Of a DNA stretch of 64,000 nucleotides, positions 39,268 to 50,605 are shown piece by piece. Source of the stretch: Daphnia carinata. Its lineage: Eukaryota. The stretch is from positions 4,898,001 through 4,962,000 of the forward strand of contig NC_081332.1 in the NCBI RefSeq assembly GCF_022539665.2, written 5' to 3'. A program made the position numbers and the translations under genes. The notes under the pieces are model-generated. The model did no database searches. It was given only the letters and a program-made list of their open reading frames with translations, and was not told the origin of the DNA. How positions within the stretch are numbered: position 1 is the stretch's first letter; each line of letters opens with the position of its first letter.

Positions 39268-40139
39268 TTCTGATTCTTTTTTTTGGGTCTTTCTGCTATA
39301 AAATTTCTAGTAGAAAATTAGGTGGTATGAAAGTCTATTGAATAGTTTGAAGCTAAGCTGATATGAAAGTCTACTAAGGTTACACAAACAGATTGGGACA
39401 AATGATTAAAGATACCAAGGGTTCGTCCAAATGTCAATATTTGTCAAATCTACGACTATTTCGTGTTGCCAGACTTACGGAAAGAGAAAAAACAGGGTAT
39501 GGTCTTAGCGATTTAAATGAAGAGCCATGGTGAGCAACGCCAAGGAAGTTGATTGCGATTGATCGTGCGCGATTCATGTTTTAGTTGCAATGTCGTGAAT
39601 TTGATGACTAAGTAGAATGGTTTTAAGACGTTCAAATGCAAGGTGGCGAATGTAGTAGTTGCACATCCAAAAACGAAGTATCAACTACGAAATAATCTTA
39701 GATTTCTTGTCTGCCAAATGCTACCTTCGTAGGTTTGTTTATTAAGCTTAAGTATCGATTACTGTAATTACTCGTAGCGCAGTGGATTGTAATTTTAATT
39801 ACACCTTTATTCTTTAGAACCAATACGGAGTATACCTATACACCTGAAGCACTTTTCTAGCAATTTAGCACTCGGTCGCACATTTTCATTTGTTTGCACC
39901 ATTTTTCTGGGAAATGGATTTCAATTAATAAATTCCAGCTTTTTTAATTGCGACGGAAAGAGAAAAACGGAAAGAAATGCGAAGGTGATTTTTTCAGTTT
40001 AATCAGAATCGAACTGCCCTAATCCAAAGAACCAAATTTCAATACAAATGGGTATCACAAACGCGTGAAACGTGTAGAACGAAGATCGTAAGGTGATTGT
40101 ATTTTATTTTTGTTTATTTATTGGCGAGCTATGATCACT

Positions 40140-41372
40140 TCACCATACATGTGAAGGCCGCTTTCTGCCAGTAAATTTAGAATCATCACGAGTTTCTTTG
40201 CCTTGCCTTCGTCGGCGTTCTTTCTTTTCCAAAATCCAATCACGACTTTTTTTGGGAGCTTTTCCTGCGCGTAGTTGTTTCATCCTTTCTCTGTGCCAGA
40301 CAATGAACTGTGCATGTACTTTACACAGACTGCCAGTAAAAAAAATACCTTTTTTGTGAAAATGCAACGTGACTTGGAGCCTCTTCGCGGGAATCTACTC
40401 CCAACGCAGCAGGCAGTGGTTGTTGTCCTCCAGTCATCAAACAGAGGAAAAACTTTTTAGCTTTAGTACTGTTAGGGTAATCCACAACTAATCCTCCTGT
40501 GAAACCAGCTTTCATTGCTTGAGATGTAATAAGTTCCACTTGAGAACTGTTCTCTGGGTAGAACTGGAAAACTGCTCTACTTCCTCTACTCTAGATTAAG
40601 AAAATTTTGGGTAACGAAATATATGAAAAACAATGTACTAAAAAATTTACCAGGCAGCCGTAGAGTGACGAAAAAAAAGTGTACAGTCTATTTGCTGGGT
40701 TGTGAGACCTCTGATCTGCATTGCATAGCCTTTATGAAGAATGGTAGGTGGCAGAATCCATAATTTTTTTGTATGATAACATTTATGGAAAAAAGGGAAA
40801 ACCATACCATTGTAAAGCCGATATGCTTATGGCGCCATCGAAAGCACCTGCACGAAACGGTAGGCCTTGGCCTAGGTCCCCCAAAAGGAGATCACCTTCC
40901 ACTTCTCTTTCCTTTGCCACACCTTAGAAAATGTGAGGTAACATGAAATGAATATTACATTTTTAATATTTTTTTTTAAGTACCCAGCATAGCTGATGAA
41001 ATGTCAACTCCTGTCCATACATGTCCTTGTTCTGTCAATGTTTCTCCACTGAGGCCTGATCCACATCCCAAATCAATTATATGGCAAGGCTGATTTTCAG
41101 GCAAACATAACAATTCCACTGCCCTTTCTGACATGGCAAGTTGAATTTCCATCATTCGTGTGCTAGAGAAGAAAAACAGTAAATTAAATTTTAAAAAGAA
41201 ACATAAAAATAGCAAAGCATTCCATACTTCCGTGTGTATTTTCGAGCTTCATCTTGACCGTAAAACTAGAGAAATTAAGGCGCACGAAACTATTTGTTTA
41301 TTTTTTTTTTTTCTAGAAATTTTGACAACTTACAATTTCCGGTGGAGCTTGATGTTCAGGACGACCCGACAT
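40140..41372 (-). CDS. BUD23: 18S rRNA guanine-N7 methyltransferase (WBSCR22), multi-exon
   Basis: [57 protein letters not shown]. Confidence 0.96.
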
Positions 41373-41533
41373 GCTGCTAAGATTATATTTTCACTTACTT
41401 TTTGTTGTATATATTGTGTGTTGCCGAGAAAGACAAACTAATATAAATGGGAACAACAAACTACAGTAAGGTAGTATATTAAATAAGGAAAACAGATAGT
41501 AAGTACACGCGTGCTGCCAGCTGCAGACGACAC

Positions 41534-41562
<29 letters not shown>
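41534..41562. repeat. Poly(dA) tract of 29 nt in the BUD23/CIAO1 divergent promoter
   Basis: Directly visible homopolymer. Confidence 0.9.
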
Positions 41563-41564
<2 letters not shown>

Positions 41565-42065
41565 ACATCTAGCAGTAAAGCATAGAAGCTAACATCTTTT
41601 CATCAACTGAGATGTTTCGTCTTGACATGCGGGCTCCATGTGAACAAAATTCTGAACACAGTAAAAGGTTATCTGCTTAACTTAAGTCGTCCAAAACCGT
41701 ACATTGTGTTTTCCGAGAACCAACCATCTTCTACTTACCTTCAAAAGATTTGGTAATTTTTGGCCTTTACATATATTTTGCGGTTTTTACCGTTCAGTAC
41801 AGGTTAGAAATACGCTTACATGTTAAAGTTGTAACAAGGTCGTTACAACCTCTTCGCGCGATAACTGCGTTTGTTAGTTGTTTGTCGTTACAATGTTCAC
41901 AAATTTTCAATAAGTTCCTAATCTAGGGCTTAAAATTCTGTGAGAAGTTTTCTATTCCTGAGCTTTTCCATGTGCATTGGAGTTTGTTGTTTGAATCAAT
42001 GTCCGATAATCAGAAATTTTAATCTCTTTTTAGGTAGCACATATAGGACTAATAAAGTGTTAATT

Positions 42066-43091
42066 ATGGCAAGACTAGATGAAGTCTGCAAGTTGCCAGG
42101 TCACCAAGGAATTGTATGGAATGTAGGTTGGAACCAAGAAGGAACTATTTTGGTTTCATGTGGTGAAGACAAAACTGTTCGGCTTTGGGCCAGGAACATC
42201 AATTCCGAAAACAACCTCTGGGTGTGTCACTCTATTTTATCTGATGGACACCAACGCACCATCAGATCTGTCTCATTTTCCCCTTGTAATAAGCTTATTG
42301 CCTCAGCAAGTTTTGATGGTACATGTTGCATTTGGGAAAAGAAAACCAATACGGATGGCAATCAGTATGAATGCACAGCCACTTTAGAAGGACATGAGAA
42401 TGAAGTCAAGTGCGTCGCTTGGTCTACATCTGGCTCTTTTTTGGCGACTTGCAGCCGAGACAAAAGTGTATGGATATGGGAGGTTGGCGAAGATGGGGAA
42501 TTTGAATGCGCTGCTGTCTTAAGCGCCCATACACAGGACGTCAAAAAAGTCTGCTGGCATCCTCATCAAGACATCGTTGCCTCGGCTAGCTACGACAATA
42601 CTGTCAAATTATTCTGCGAAGAGGACGACGATTGGGTTTGCTTTGGAACGTTGAAATCCCATGATTCAACTGTCTGGAGTTTGGCTTTTGATTCTTCAGG
42701 AAAAAATATGGCGACATGCAGTGACGATCGGACAATTAAGATTTGGAAAGAATATCTTCCGGGAAATGAATTTGGAATCGCCACATCGGATAATACTCCA
42801 ACCTGGAAGTGTATCTGCACATTGTCCGGAGTCCATCCTCGTGCAATATACGACATTTCGTGGTGTCACCAAACCGGTCTGATAGCTACTGCTTCCGGTG
42901 ACGATGCTATTCGTATTTTTCGTATTGATCCGGAGAGCGATCCAAATGCTCCGACCTTAGAACAACTTGCCACAGTGACAAGAGCACATGAACAGGACGT
43001 TAATTCAGTGGCGTGGAATCCAGTGATTCCAGGTCTCCTAGCCTCTTGCAGTGATGACATGCACCTCAAATTGTGGCAATATAAAGGATAA
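42066..43091 (+). CDS. CIAO1: Cytosolic Fe-S assembly WD40 protein, single coding exon
   Basis: [53 protein letters not shown]; acceptor TTTTAG at ~42033 precedes the ATG. Confidence 0.96.
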   Translation: MARLDEVCKLPGHQGIVWNVGWNQEGTILVSCGEDKTVRLWARNINSENNLWVCHSILSDGHQRTIRSVSFSPCNKLIASASFDGTCCIWEKKTNTDGNQYECTATLEGHENEVKCVAWSTSGSFLATCSRDKSVWIWEVGEDGEFECAAVLSAHTQDVKKVCWHPHQDIVASASYDNTVKLFCEEDDDWVCFGTLKSHDSTVWSLAFDSSGKNMATCSDDRTIKIWKEYLPGNEFGIATSDNTPTWKCICTLSGVHPRAIYDISWCHQTGLIATASGDDAIRIFRIDPESDPNAPTLEQLATVTRAHEQDVNSVAWNPVIPGLLASCSDDMHLKLWQYKG

Positions 43092-43274
43092 AATAAGTTG
43101 TATGCCATTTCAGCATTTGGGCATGGTTCAATAAAGACTTCATAAGTTTCTATTATATTTTTTTTGTGTGACCTAATGAATTTCTCTTCTAATGTCTAGT
43201 GCCTTGTCTTTCATTTGAACCAAGAAGTAAACAGCTTATTTTTTTTATTATTTATTTGATTGCAGGGGTTTTTA

Positions 43275-44668
43275 ATGTTGACGAGTTGCATCCGTCATCT
43301 AGTTAGACATCACATACAACTTCGAAATTATCATAGGGCCATGTCCAATCTAACGCTGTGCTCTGTGATTGAGGAGCTTAATCGACTAGCCCCCTTGTCG
43401 TTAGCAGAACCATGGGATAACGTTGGACTTTTAGTTGAGCCTTCCGGTTCAAAAATTGTTAAGAAGATATTACTCACCAATGACTTGACAACCAGTGTAA
43501 TGCAAGAAGCTGAGGATTCTTCAGTTGACCTGATCTACTCTTACCATCCTCCTATCTTCGCACCTTTGAAGCGCATCTCAGCCGCAAACTGGAAGGTAGG
43601 TTTAATATCTATTTCCAAGACGTTCATTAATAAAAATATTTAAAATATGTTAAACTGAATAGGAGAACATTATAGCTAAATGCTTGGAGAATAAAATAGC
43701 AGTTTTCTCGCCTCACACTGCATTAGACGCTCTAAAAGGTGGTGTCAATGATTGGTTGGCTGAAGCGTTTGGTAAGTTGCTGCTTTCTGTGTGTTTAATA
43801 TGTAACTATATAAATATGTAACTATTTGGATTTAGGCTCCCATGTTGCCTCGTGCGAACCGTTAACGACATCGTATGCTGCGTTTCCTCGTCGAAACTGC
43901 ACGCATATGGTAGAAATTCCCGTGCCTTTCAACCCAGAAGGGAAAAAATTGGTTCGATCAATCCTGGAGTTAGTTGCGTCCGTTCCAGAAGCTCGTCTGG
44001 AAGAACAGTAAAGTTATTCGCTCTTGTACCGATATCTGTTAAGAATAATTATATGAATTTATATAATTTGTCACTTAAGCATTTCTACTGCTGATGGCTA
44101 TGAGCAAATGACCGTTATGGCCCCGGAAAAAGCTTTGCCTTCCATTATCGAGTTGGTTAACCAGTGCTCATTTGCAAACGCATCTCGCTATGTTCGTATC
44201 ATCCGTGTTGAGAAGGTAACTTCGTAGTACGGAGTTAATCAGTAAGAAATTAATTTTTTGTTTCTATAGCCTCCAATTCCTGGTCACGGAATGGGGCGAT
44301 TGATTCGCCTAAAAGAGCCAGTGACAGTTACCCATGCCATAGAATTGGTAAAGAGCCATCTGAAGCTGCAGCATGTACGTCTAGCAATCGCACATAATGC
44401 TAAGGATGTGCATACGATCGCGTTGTGTGCTGGTTCAGGTGCTTCAATATTAAAGAACGTCAAAGCAGACGTTTTCTTAACTGGAGAGATGTCTCATCAC
44501 GAAGTACTCGATGCCGTTCAGCGCGGAACTAGCGTCATCCTATGTGAGCACTCGAATACCGAGCGTGGATTTCTTACTAAGTGGAAAGATGTTCTTACAT
44601 CAGCGCTTGGAGAAAGTATCGAGATAATCGTGTCGGTTAATGATCTGGATCCACTTCAAGTTGTTTAA
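43275..44668 (+). CDS. NIF3L1: NIF3-like protein 1, multi-exon
   Basis: LAEPWDNVGLL, SYHPPIF, SPHTALD, GVNDWLA, CAGSGAS, TGEMSHHEVLDA, HSNTERGFL. Confidence 0.95.
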
Positions 44669-44803
44669 CGGCACCTCAAGTAACCGAAAGTTTCAATTTC
44701 AAGATTCTTCATGGGTCCTTCTCCTGGGTACAACGTGAAACATTTGAGATGATCTTGGCATCGTACTTCCAATAAAGAAAGTGCATCATGAGTATTGAGA
44801 AAT

Positions 44804-45696
44804 CTAATCACATTTATTGGTTTCTGTAATGTACTTCAGCTTAATATTGTTCTTTTCTAGATGCCAATGATATTTAAGTTTTGCCCAAATGCCCAGGCAC
44901 ATTGAGATAACTCTTTTCTCCTGTAATCCTTCTGGCCTAGACTTGATGGCTCTATATACTGAAGTGATAACAATTCTGGCTTTTTTAAAGTGATTGCATT
45001 GGATGAAGCTTATGGCAAGGTACAACTGGCAACGCATTAAGGTTACAGGATCACAAAGTTTCTCAGCAATCTTATACTGCTGAAAGGAAATCTTTCCTGC
45101 TGCCTTTGCCTGAAGAAAGAAAGTGCTAAATGTATCAACGAATGATGAAGAAATGTTGAACAAAATACTTACACAATCAATAAGTTGATCCCCTAGGGAT
45201 GAAAAGGCTCCACCTAAGGTAGAGAGGCAAGACATGATGTGGTCTAATTCAATCCTTTCATTGACCAACAGCTGAATTTGGGGACCGCTAAAGGAAAAAA
45301 TTATTTATTAAAAAACACAAGGTGTTCTTACATGTTAACCACTAACAATCTCTGATCCATGTAGTATCGGACTGACGGTTCTAACGAAACTTGCACAATT
45401 ATTGTGGTCAAGTGAGTTGAACTTGATTGATTTGCAAAATGAATCCACACTTGTCTTGCAAATGCACGAGATCTGAGGAGTTCACACCGGAAATATGATG
45501 CAACATGTGCATCGAGACACAAGTGACAAGTTGACACTCTGTTTTCATCATCATTAACAGCATCTAACTGAAAAGAGCCTTCATCTGTATTTCGAATACT
45601 GTCCTCTCTAACGTTCTTGTTACAAAACTTTAAAATAGTAGACTCTAGTGAACTGTTATCGCCATATCCTGCTAATATTACCAATTGCCTACCCAT
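44804..45696 (-). CDS. DUF4807 / F58A4.6-like uncharacterised protein (about 3 exons)
   Basis: LSTLGGAFSSLGD, AGKISFQQ, DPVTLMRCQLYLAISFIQ; likely start MGRQLVILAG at 45696. Family assignment is from recall. Confidence 0.75.
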
Positions 45697-45937
45697 TTCG
45701 AATGTAAATATGGCAATCCGTTTTATATGGCAATCCGTTTTACACAAAAAAAAAAAAAAATTTCGCCAAAAAAAAAAAAAAAAATCACACTTTTTTCTTT
45801 TTTTCCGACACGTAGCCATCTACCGCTCAGACTCCTTATTACTGGCGTAGGCAATTTCAGTCCATTGGATGCCATTCGCAGTTAGTTCAGTAGCGTGGAT
45901 GGAGAGAATAACGCGTGGCTGGAGGAACAATTGAAAA

Positions 45938-47200
45938 ATGGATAAGATAATACAACAAAAGGATGGTAAGTATAAACATTATTATATTGGTTTTCAATTA
46001 TTAATTATTGTTTATTAGATCAAATTATGAAGCTGCAGGCCCAATTATTGTAACAACACAAAATATTAGATAACAGCAAAGCTAAGGATGGTAAGGGCTT
46101 ATACGTAATGATTCTATTTATTTGCTTTTATTCATTTGTGTTTTGTAGCTCAACTTTTGAGTCTACAAGCTCAGCTAGGGGAAAAGAACAAATTGGAATG
46201 GAACAGTTTCCAAACAGTGAAGGAGGTTTTTCAAAACTCATCCCTAACTGAACATGAGGATGAATTGGCATTAGGCGAACCCAGTCAGGTACCTAAACTT
46301 TTCAAATAAGAATTCAAAATAAGTATAGAATTTTAACAAACAATTATTTATTGCTTAGTTATTCAGTCTACCACCTGACAGTGTGTTAAAGTTAAATTCT
46401 GTTAGTGCTGCACTAAAAGAATTGTTAGTAATAAGTCCATGCAGCGAAGGAATTGAACAATTGTGGGATCGTATTTGGGCTGAAAATGGGTGTGGTACGG
46501 AAACCCAGAAATAGCACGAGTTCAACATAAAACATGAATTAGGTACTTTTTGGTTTTTTGTCTATCGAAACAGTATTTTTAATGCTATTATTTTGCATTC
46601 ACAGAATTCTAGTGGGGAATCAAGTCAAGTCTAGAAGTGTTACAGGATGGAAGAGTGAGCCTACAGTTGAAAAACACTGAAAGTGCATTACCATTAAGGT
46701 ATGAGGTAAACTAATAGAGTATGCAAATTGTCTAATGAGAAGTACCATCTTGTGTGAATGAATCCTGTGTAACAGCAATCCTTTATAGTTCTGTTATAGC
46801 TAGAAGCCTCAAATAATTCTGCTTCTCTTGCTAAAGAACAACTTGTCTTTTACGTTCAGAGTGTTGGTGAAGCTGGGTACTTAAATGGCCCTAAAGATGT
46901 TTCACTTCACTGGCATTGCAGCGATGAACATCATACATGGACTCTTTAGGTATGAAAGGAATTTTCTTGAAAAATTTTTGAATTTATGATGAAGCTTTTC
47001 TCCTCCTTTTTGCCAACCATGTCTAATCTACAAAAAAAAATTTATCCAATAGGAAAGGATTTTCAGCATACTAGGAACACAACTATCAACAATGCAACAT
47101 TCTAGGGGTGTTATTTTATCCTTCAAGAGCCTTATACAATGATTTTCATCTACAATTTGTATGGCCTTTCCCGAGCTTCTGCCAGAAGTTGAATCTATGA
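45938..47200 (+). pseudogene. Decayed multi-exon gene of unknown family in arm 1 (copies ~49280-50401 -, ~50799-52059 +, ~54120-55381 -)
   Basis: Regular short GT-AG introns (GTAAGT...TTAG, GTAAGG...GTAG, GTACCT...TTAG, GTACTT...ACAG) separate exons reading MDKIIQQKD / DQIMKLQAQL / AQLLSLQAQLGEKNKLE; stops and frameshifts differ between copies. Confidence 0.65.
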
Positions 47201-48064
47201 GTCATGTAAGTCACATGAGCAACAATTGAGATGCTTAATGGTGTTGTTTTTCTTTTCTCAGTGTAGGTTAATAGTAACATTGGATCTGAAAAAATTCTTG
47301 GTTGGGGCATGACACTGAATAAATTGTAATGATTGGATGGATGACATGATATTTCTATACTTCATTCGGATTCCCCAGACGGTATTTGATATTAAAAAAA
47401 TTGAAGTGCATATCTGGGCTCCCTTCTTTTCTGAAGCCCCGTTTCCCCTTGACTCATAATAAGCCCGTAGGGGGTCATGCCCCTACTGTACGGTATATAT
47501 AAAAACAACATATACCGAGGTTTGGAGGGCTCTGGCCGGAAAGGGGACGTGGGGTGCCGCTTCGTCCGATGATGTGTTCACGGAGGGTGACGTGGCTGCC
47601 CACAAATCCGAACTAAAGGTTAATCGCTCCTGTAAAAATGTTCCAAATCTTCAGCTCTTCTTCCGGCTTCTCTTAGCCAATCACCGGGTAATCTCCCCGG
47701 TGGGTCAACAAGGCAGTGTCTCCCCCTGCCTGGGTTGACGGCAACTTTTGAAAGGGCTATTGTGCCTTTTTAAAGTTGCAAAAATTATTGTAATGTGCAG
47801 AGAATTGTCAATAAAATTTTTTTTAGAAAATTTTTTGCAAAATTCGTTTCTTTCATTGTCTGTATTCGCTGTGTTCACACGTTACATTTTTTATATTTAG
47901 CTTGCTTAATTCACCTTTATTGTTTTTGTCACCTTTGATGGTAAGCATTGTTTCCATTGGTTTATCGTTTATCTGTAAGTATTATTTATTACACTCTTTG
48001 AATTCTTCAACTTAGATTCAAGGAACAATCTGGATATTTTATGAAGTAATTTTGTATTTCGTTT

Positions 48065-48135
48065 TACTCGTATGGGAACCGATCCCCAGACATTCAGCGT
48101 GCAACGCCGATGCTCTAACATTGAGCCACGAGATA
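48065..48135 (-). pseudogene. Degenerate tRNA-like module 1 (copy at 52944-53014)
   Basis: A-box TGGCTCAATGTTAGAGC; stem TCGGC/GCTGA around loop GTTGCAC; degenerate T arm GGGGATCGGTTCCC. Confidence 0.55.
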
Positions 48136-48231
48136 TATTTAAATTTTTTATTATCGCATATCATATGTTATCGTCTAGGATGTTTATGCAGTCTTTCACA
48201 ACTATATGTTTATCTTTCTATTGCTGCCATA

Positions 48232-48302
48232 AGGTTCTTAGCTCTGTGGTAGAGCTTTTATCTGCGATACCTGTTACCCTGGGTTCAAACCTCAGTAGAT
48301 GT
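48232..48302 (+). pseudogene. Degenerate tRNA-like module 2 (copy at 53110-53180)
   Basis: A-box TAGCTCTGTGGTAGAGC with D stem GCTC/GAGC, and B-box GGTTCAAACC at tRNA spacing; anticodon and acceptor stems mismatched. Confidence 0.65.
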
Positions 48303-48419
48303 GTAAAAATGAAGTAGAATAATGTAGAAGAGTATATTGCAGAATTGCATTTCAGTTTTATTCTAAGTGTAAATGCAAGTCCACAAGTGACTAGAAAAAA
48401 AAGCCAACTTAAAATCATA

Positions 48420-48490
48420 TGATTCGTGGCTCATTGGTAAAGCATCGGCGAGGTATGCCGAACATCCAGGGGTCGATCCCTGGATAATAA
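48420..48490 (+). pseudogene. Degenerate tRNA-like module 3 (copy at 53297-53360)
   Basis: A-box TGGCTCATTGGTA(A/G)AGC; stem TCGGC/GCCGA; T arm CCAGGG-GTCGAT-CCCTGG (GGTTCGATCC in copy B); no acceptor stem. Confidence 0.65.
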
Positions 48491-50605
48491 TAGAATGCTT
48501 ACAGATAAACGATAAACCAATACCCGTCACCTTACCATCAAATGTGACAAAAACAAATAAAGCAAAGCCAAAAAAAAAAATTGACAAATGCAATGTGTGA
48601 ACAAAGCTAACACAGACAATGCAAGAAACGAATTTTGCAAAAAATTTTCTAAAAAAAATTTTATTGACAATTCTCTGCACATTACAATTATTTTTGCAAC
48701 TTTAAAAAGGCACAATAGCCCTTTCAAAAGTTGCCGTCAACCCAGGCAGGGGGAGACACTGCCTTGTTGACCCACCGGGGAGATTACCCGGTGATTGGCT
48801 AAGAGAAGCCGGAAGAAGAGCTGAAGATTTGGAACATTTTTACAGGAGCGATTAACCTTTAGTTCGGATTTGTGGGCAGCCACGTCACCCTCCGTGAACA
48901 CATCATCGGACGAAGCGGCACCCCACGTCCCCTTTCCGGCCAGAGCCCTCCAAACCTCGGTATATGTTGTTTTTATATATACCGTACAGTAGGGGCATGA
49001 CCCCCTACGGGCTTATTATGAGTCAAGGGGAAACGGGGCTTCAGAAAAGAAGGGAGCCCAGATATGCACTTCAATTTTTTTAATATCAAATACCGTCTGG
49101 GGAATCCGAATTAAGTATAGCAATGTCATGTCATGTCATCCATCCAATCAATACAATTTATTCAGTGTCTTGCCCCAACCAAGAATCTTTTCAGATCCAA
49201 TGTTACTATTAACCTATATTGAGAAAAGAAAAACAACACCGTTAAACACATCAATTGTTGATCATGGAACTTACATGACTCAGAGATTCAACTTCTGGTG
49301 GAAGCTTGGGAAAGGACATACAAATTGCAGATTAACTTCATTGTATAAGGCTCTTGAATGATAAACTAGCACCTGTAGAATGTTGCATTGTTGATAGTTG
49401 TGTTCCCAGTACATGGAAATCCTTTCCTATTGGATAAAATTTTTTTTGGTAGATAAGACCTGGTTGGCAAAAAGGAGGAGAAATTCTTCGTCATAAATTC
49501 AAAATTATTTGAAGAAAAATCCTTTCATACCTAAAGAGTCCATGTATGATGTTCATCTCTGCAATAGCAGCAAAATTAAAACATCTTTAGGGCCATTTAA
49601 GTACCCAGTTTCCCCAACACTCTGAACATAAAGGACAAGTTGTTCTTTAGACAGAGAAGCAGAATTATTTGAGGCTTCTAGCTGTGACAGAACTATAAAG
49701 GATTGCTGTTGTACTGGATTCATTAACACAAGATGGTACTTCTCATTAGGCAATTTGCATTACTCTATTAATTTACCTCACACCTTACGGTAATGCACTC
49801 TCAGTGTTTTTTCATCTGTAGGCTCACTCTTCCATCCTGTAACACTTCCAGACTTGATTTGATCCCCCACTAAAATTCTGTGAATGCAAAATAATAGCAT
49901 TAAAAATACTTTTTCGATAGACAAAAAACCGAAAAGTACCTAATCCATGTTTCATGTTGAACTTGTGCCATTTCTGGGTTTCTGTACCACACCCATTTTC
50001 GGCCCAAATACGTTCCCACAATTGTTCAGTTCCTTCACTGCATGAGCTTATTACTAACGATTCTTTTAGTGCAGCACTAACAGAATTTAAATTTAACACA
50101 CTGTCATGTGGTGGACTGAATAACTAAGCAATAAATAATTGTTTTTTAAAATTCTATACTTATTTTGAATTCTTATTTGAAAACTTTAGGTACCTGGCTG
50201 TGTTCGCCTAATGCCAACTCATCCTCACGTTCAGTTAGAGATGAGTTTTGAAAAACCTCCTTCACTGTTTGGAAACTGTTCCGTTCCAATTTGTTTGGGC
50301 CTGCAGCTTCATAATTTGATCTAATAAACAATAATTAATAATTGAAAACCAATATAATAATGTTTATACTTACCATTTTTTTGTTTTATTATCTTATCCA
50401 TTTTTCAATTGTTCCTCCAGCCACGCGTTGTTCTCCAGCCACGCTACTCAATTAACTGCTAATGGGATACAATTAACTCAAATTGCTTACATGCCTGTAA
50501 TAACGAAACCGACTGATAGATGGCTACGGGTAGAAAAAAGAGAAAAAAGTGCGTTTTTTTTTTTCCGCCATTTTTTTTTTTTTTTATGTAAAACGGATTG
50601 CCATA

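Larger units (their letters stand above)
45726..50605. mobile_element. Foldback element unit A: inverted arms 45726-~47983 and ~48493-50605, loop ~0.5 kb
   Basis: Termini TATGGCAATCCGTTTTACA ... TGTAAAACGGATTGCCATA; arms align in reverse complement over their length; GTTTTA flanks both sides. No transposase recognised. Confidence 0.88.

Noticed and set aside
45697..45885. N-terminal extension of the 163-aa ORF (MATCRKKRKK...) and overlapping ORFs
   Set aside because: Read-through into the homopolymer-rich element terminus.
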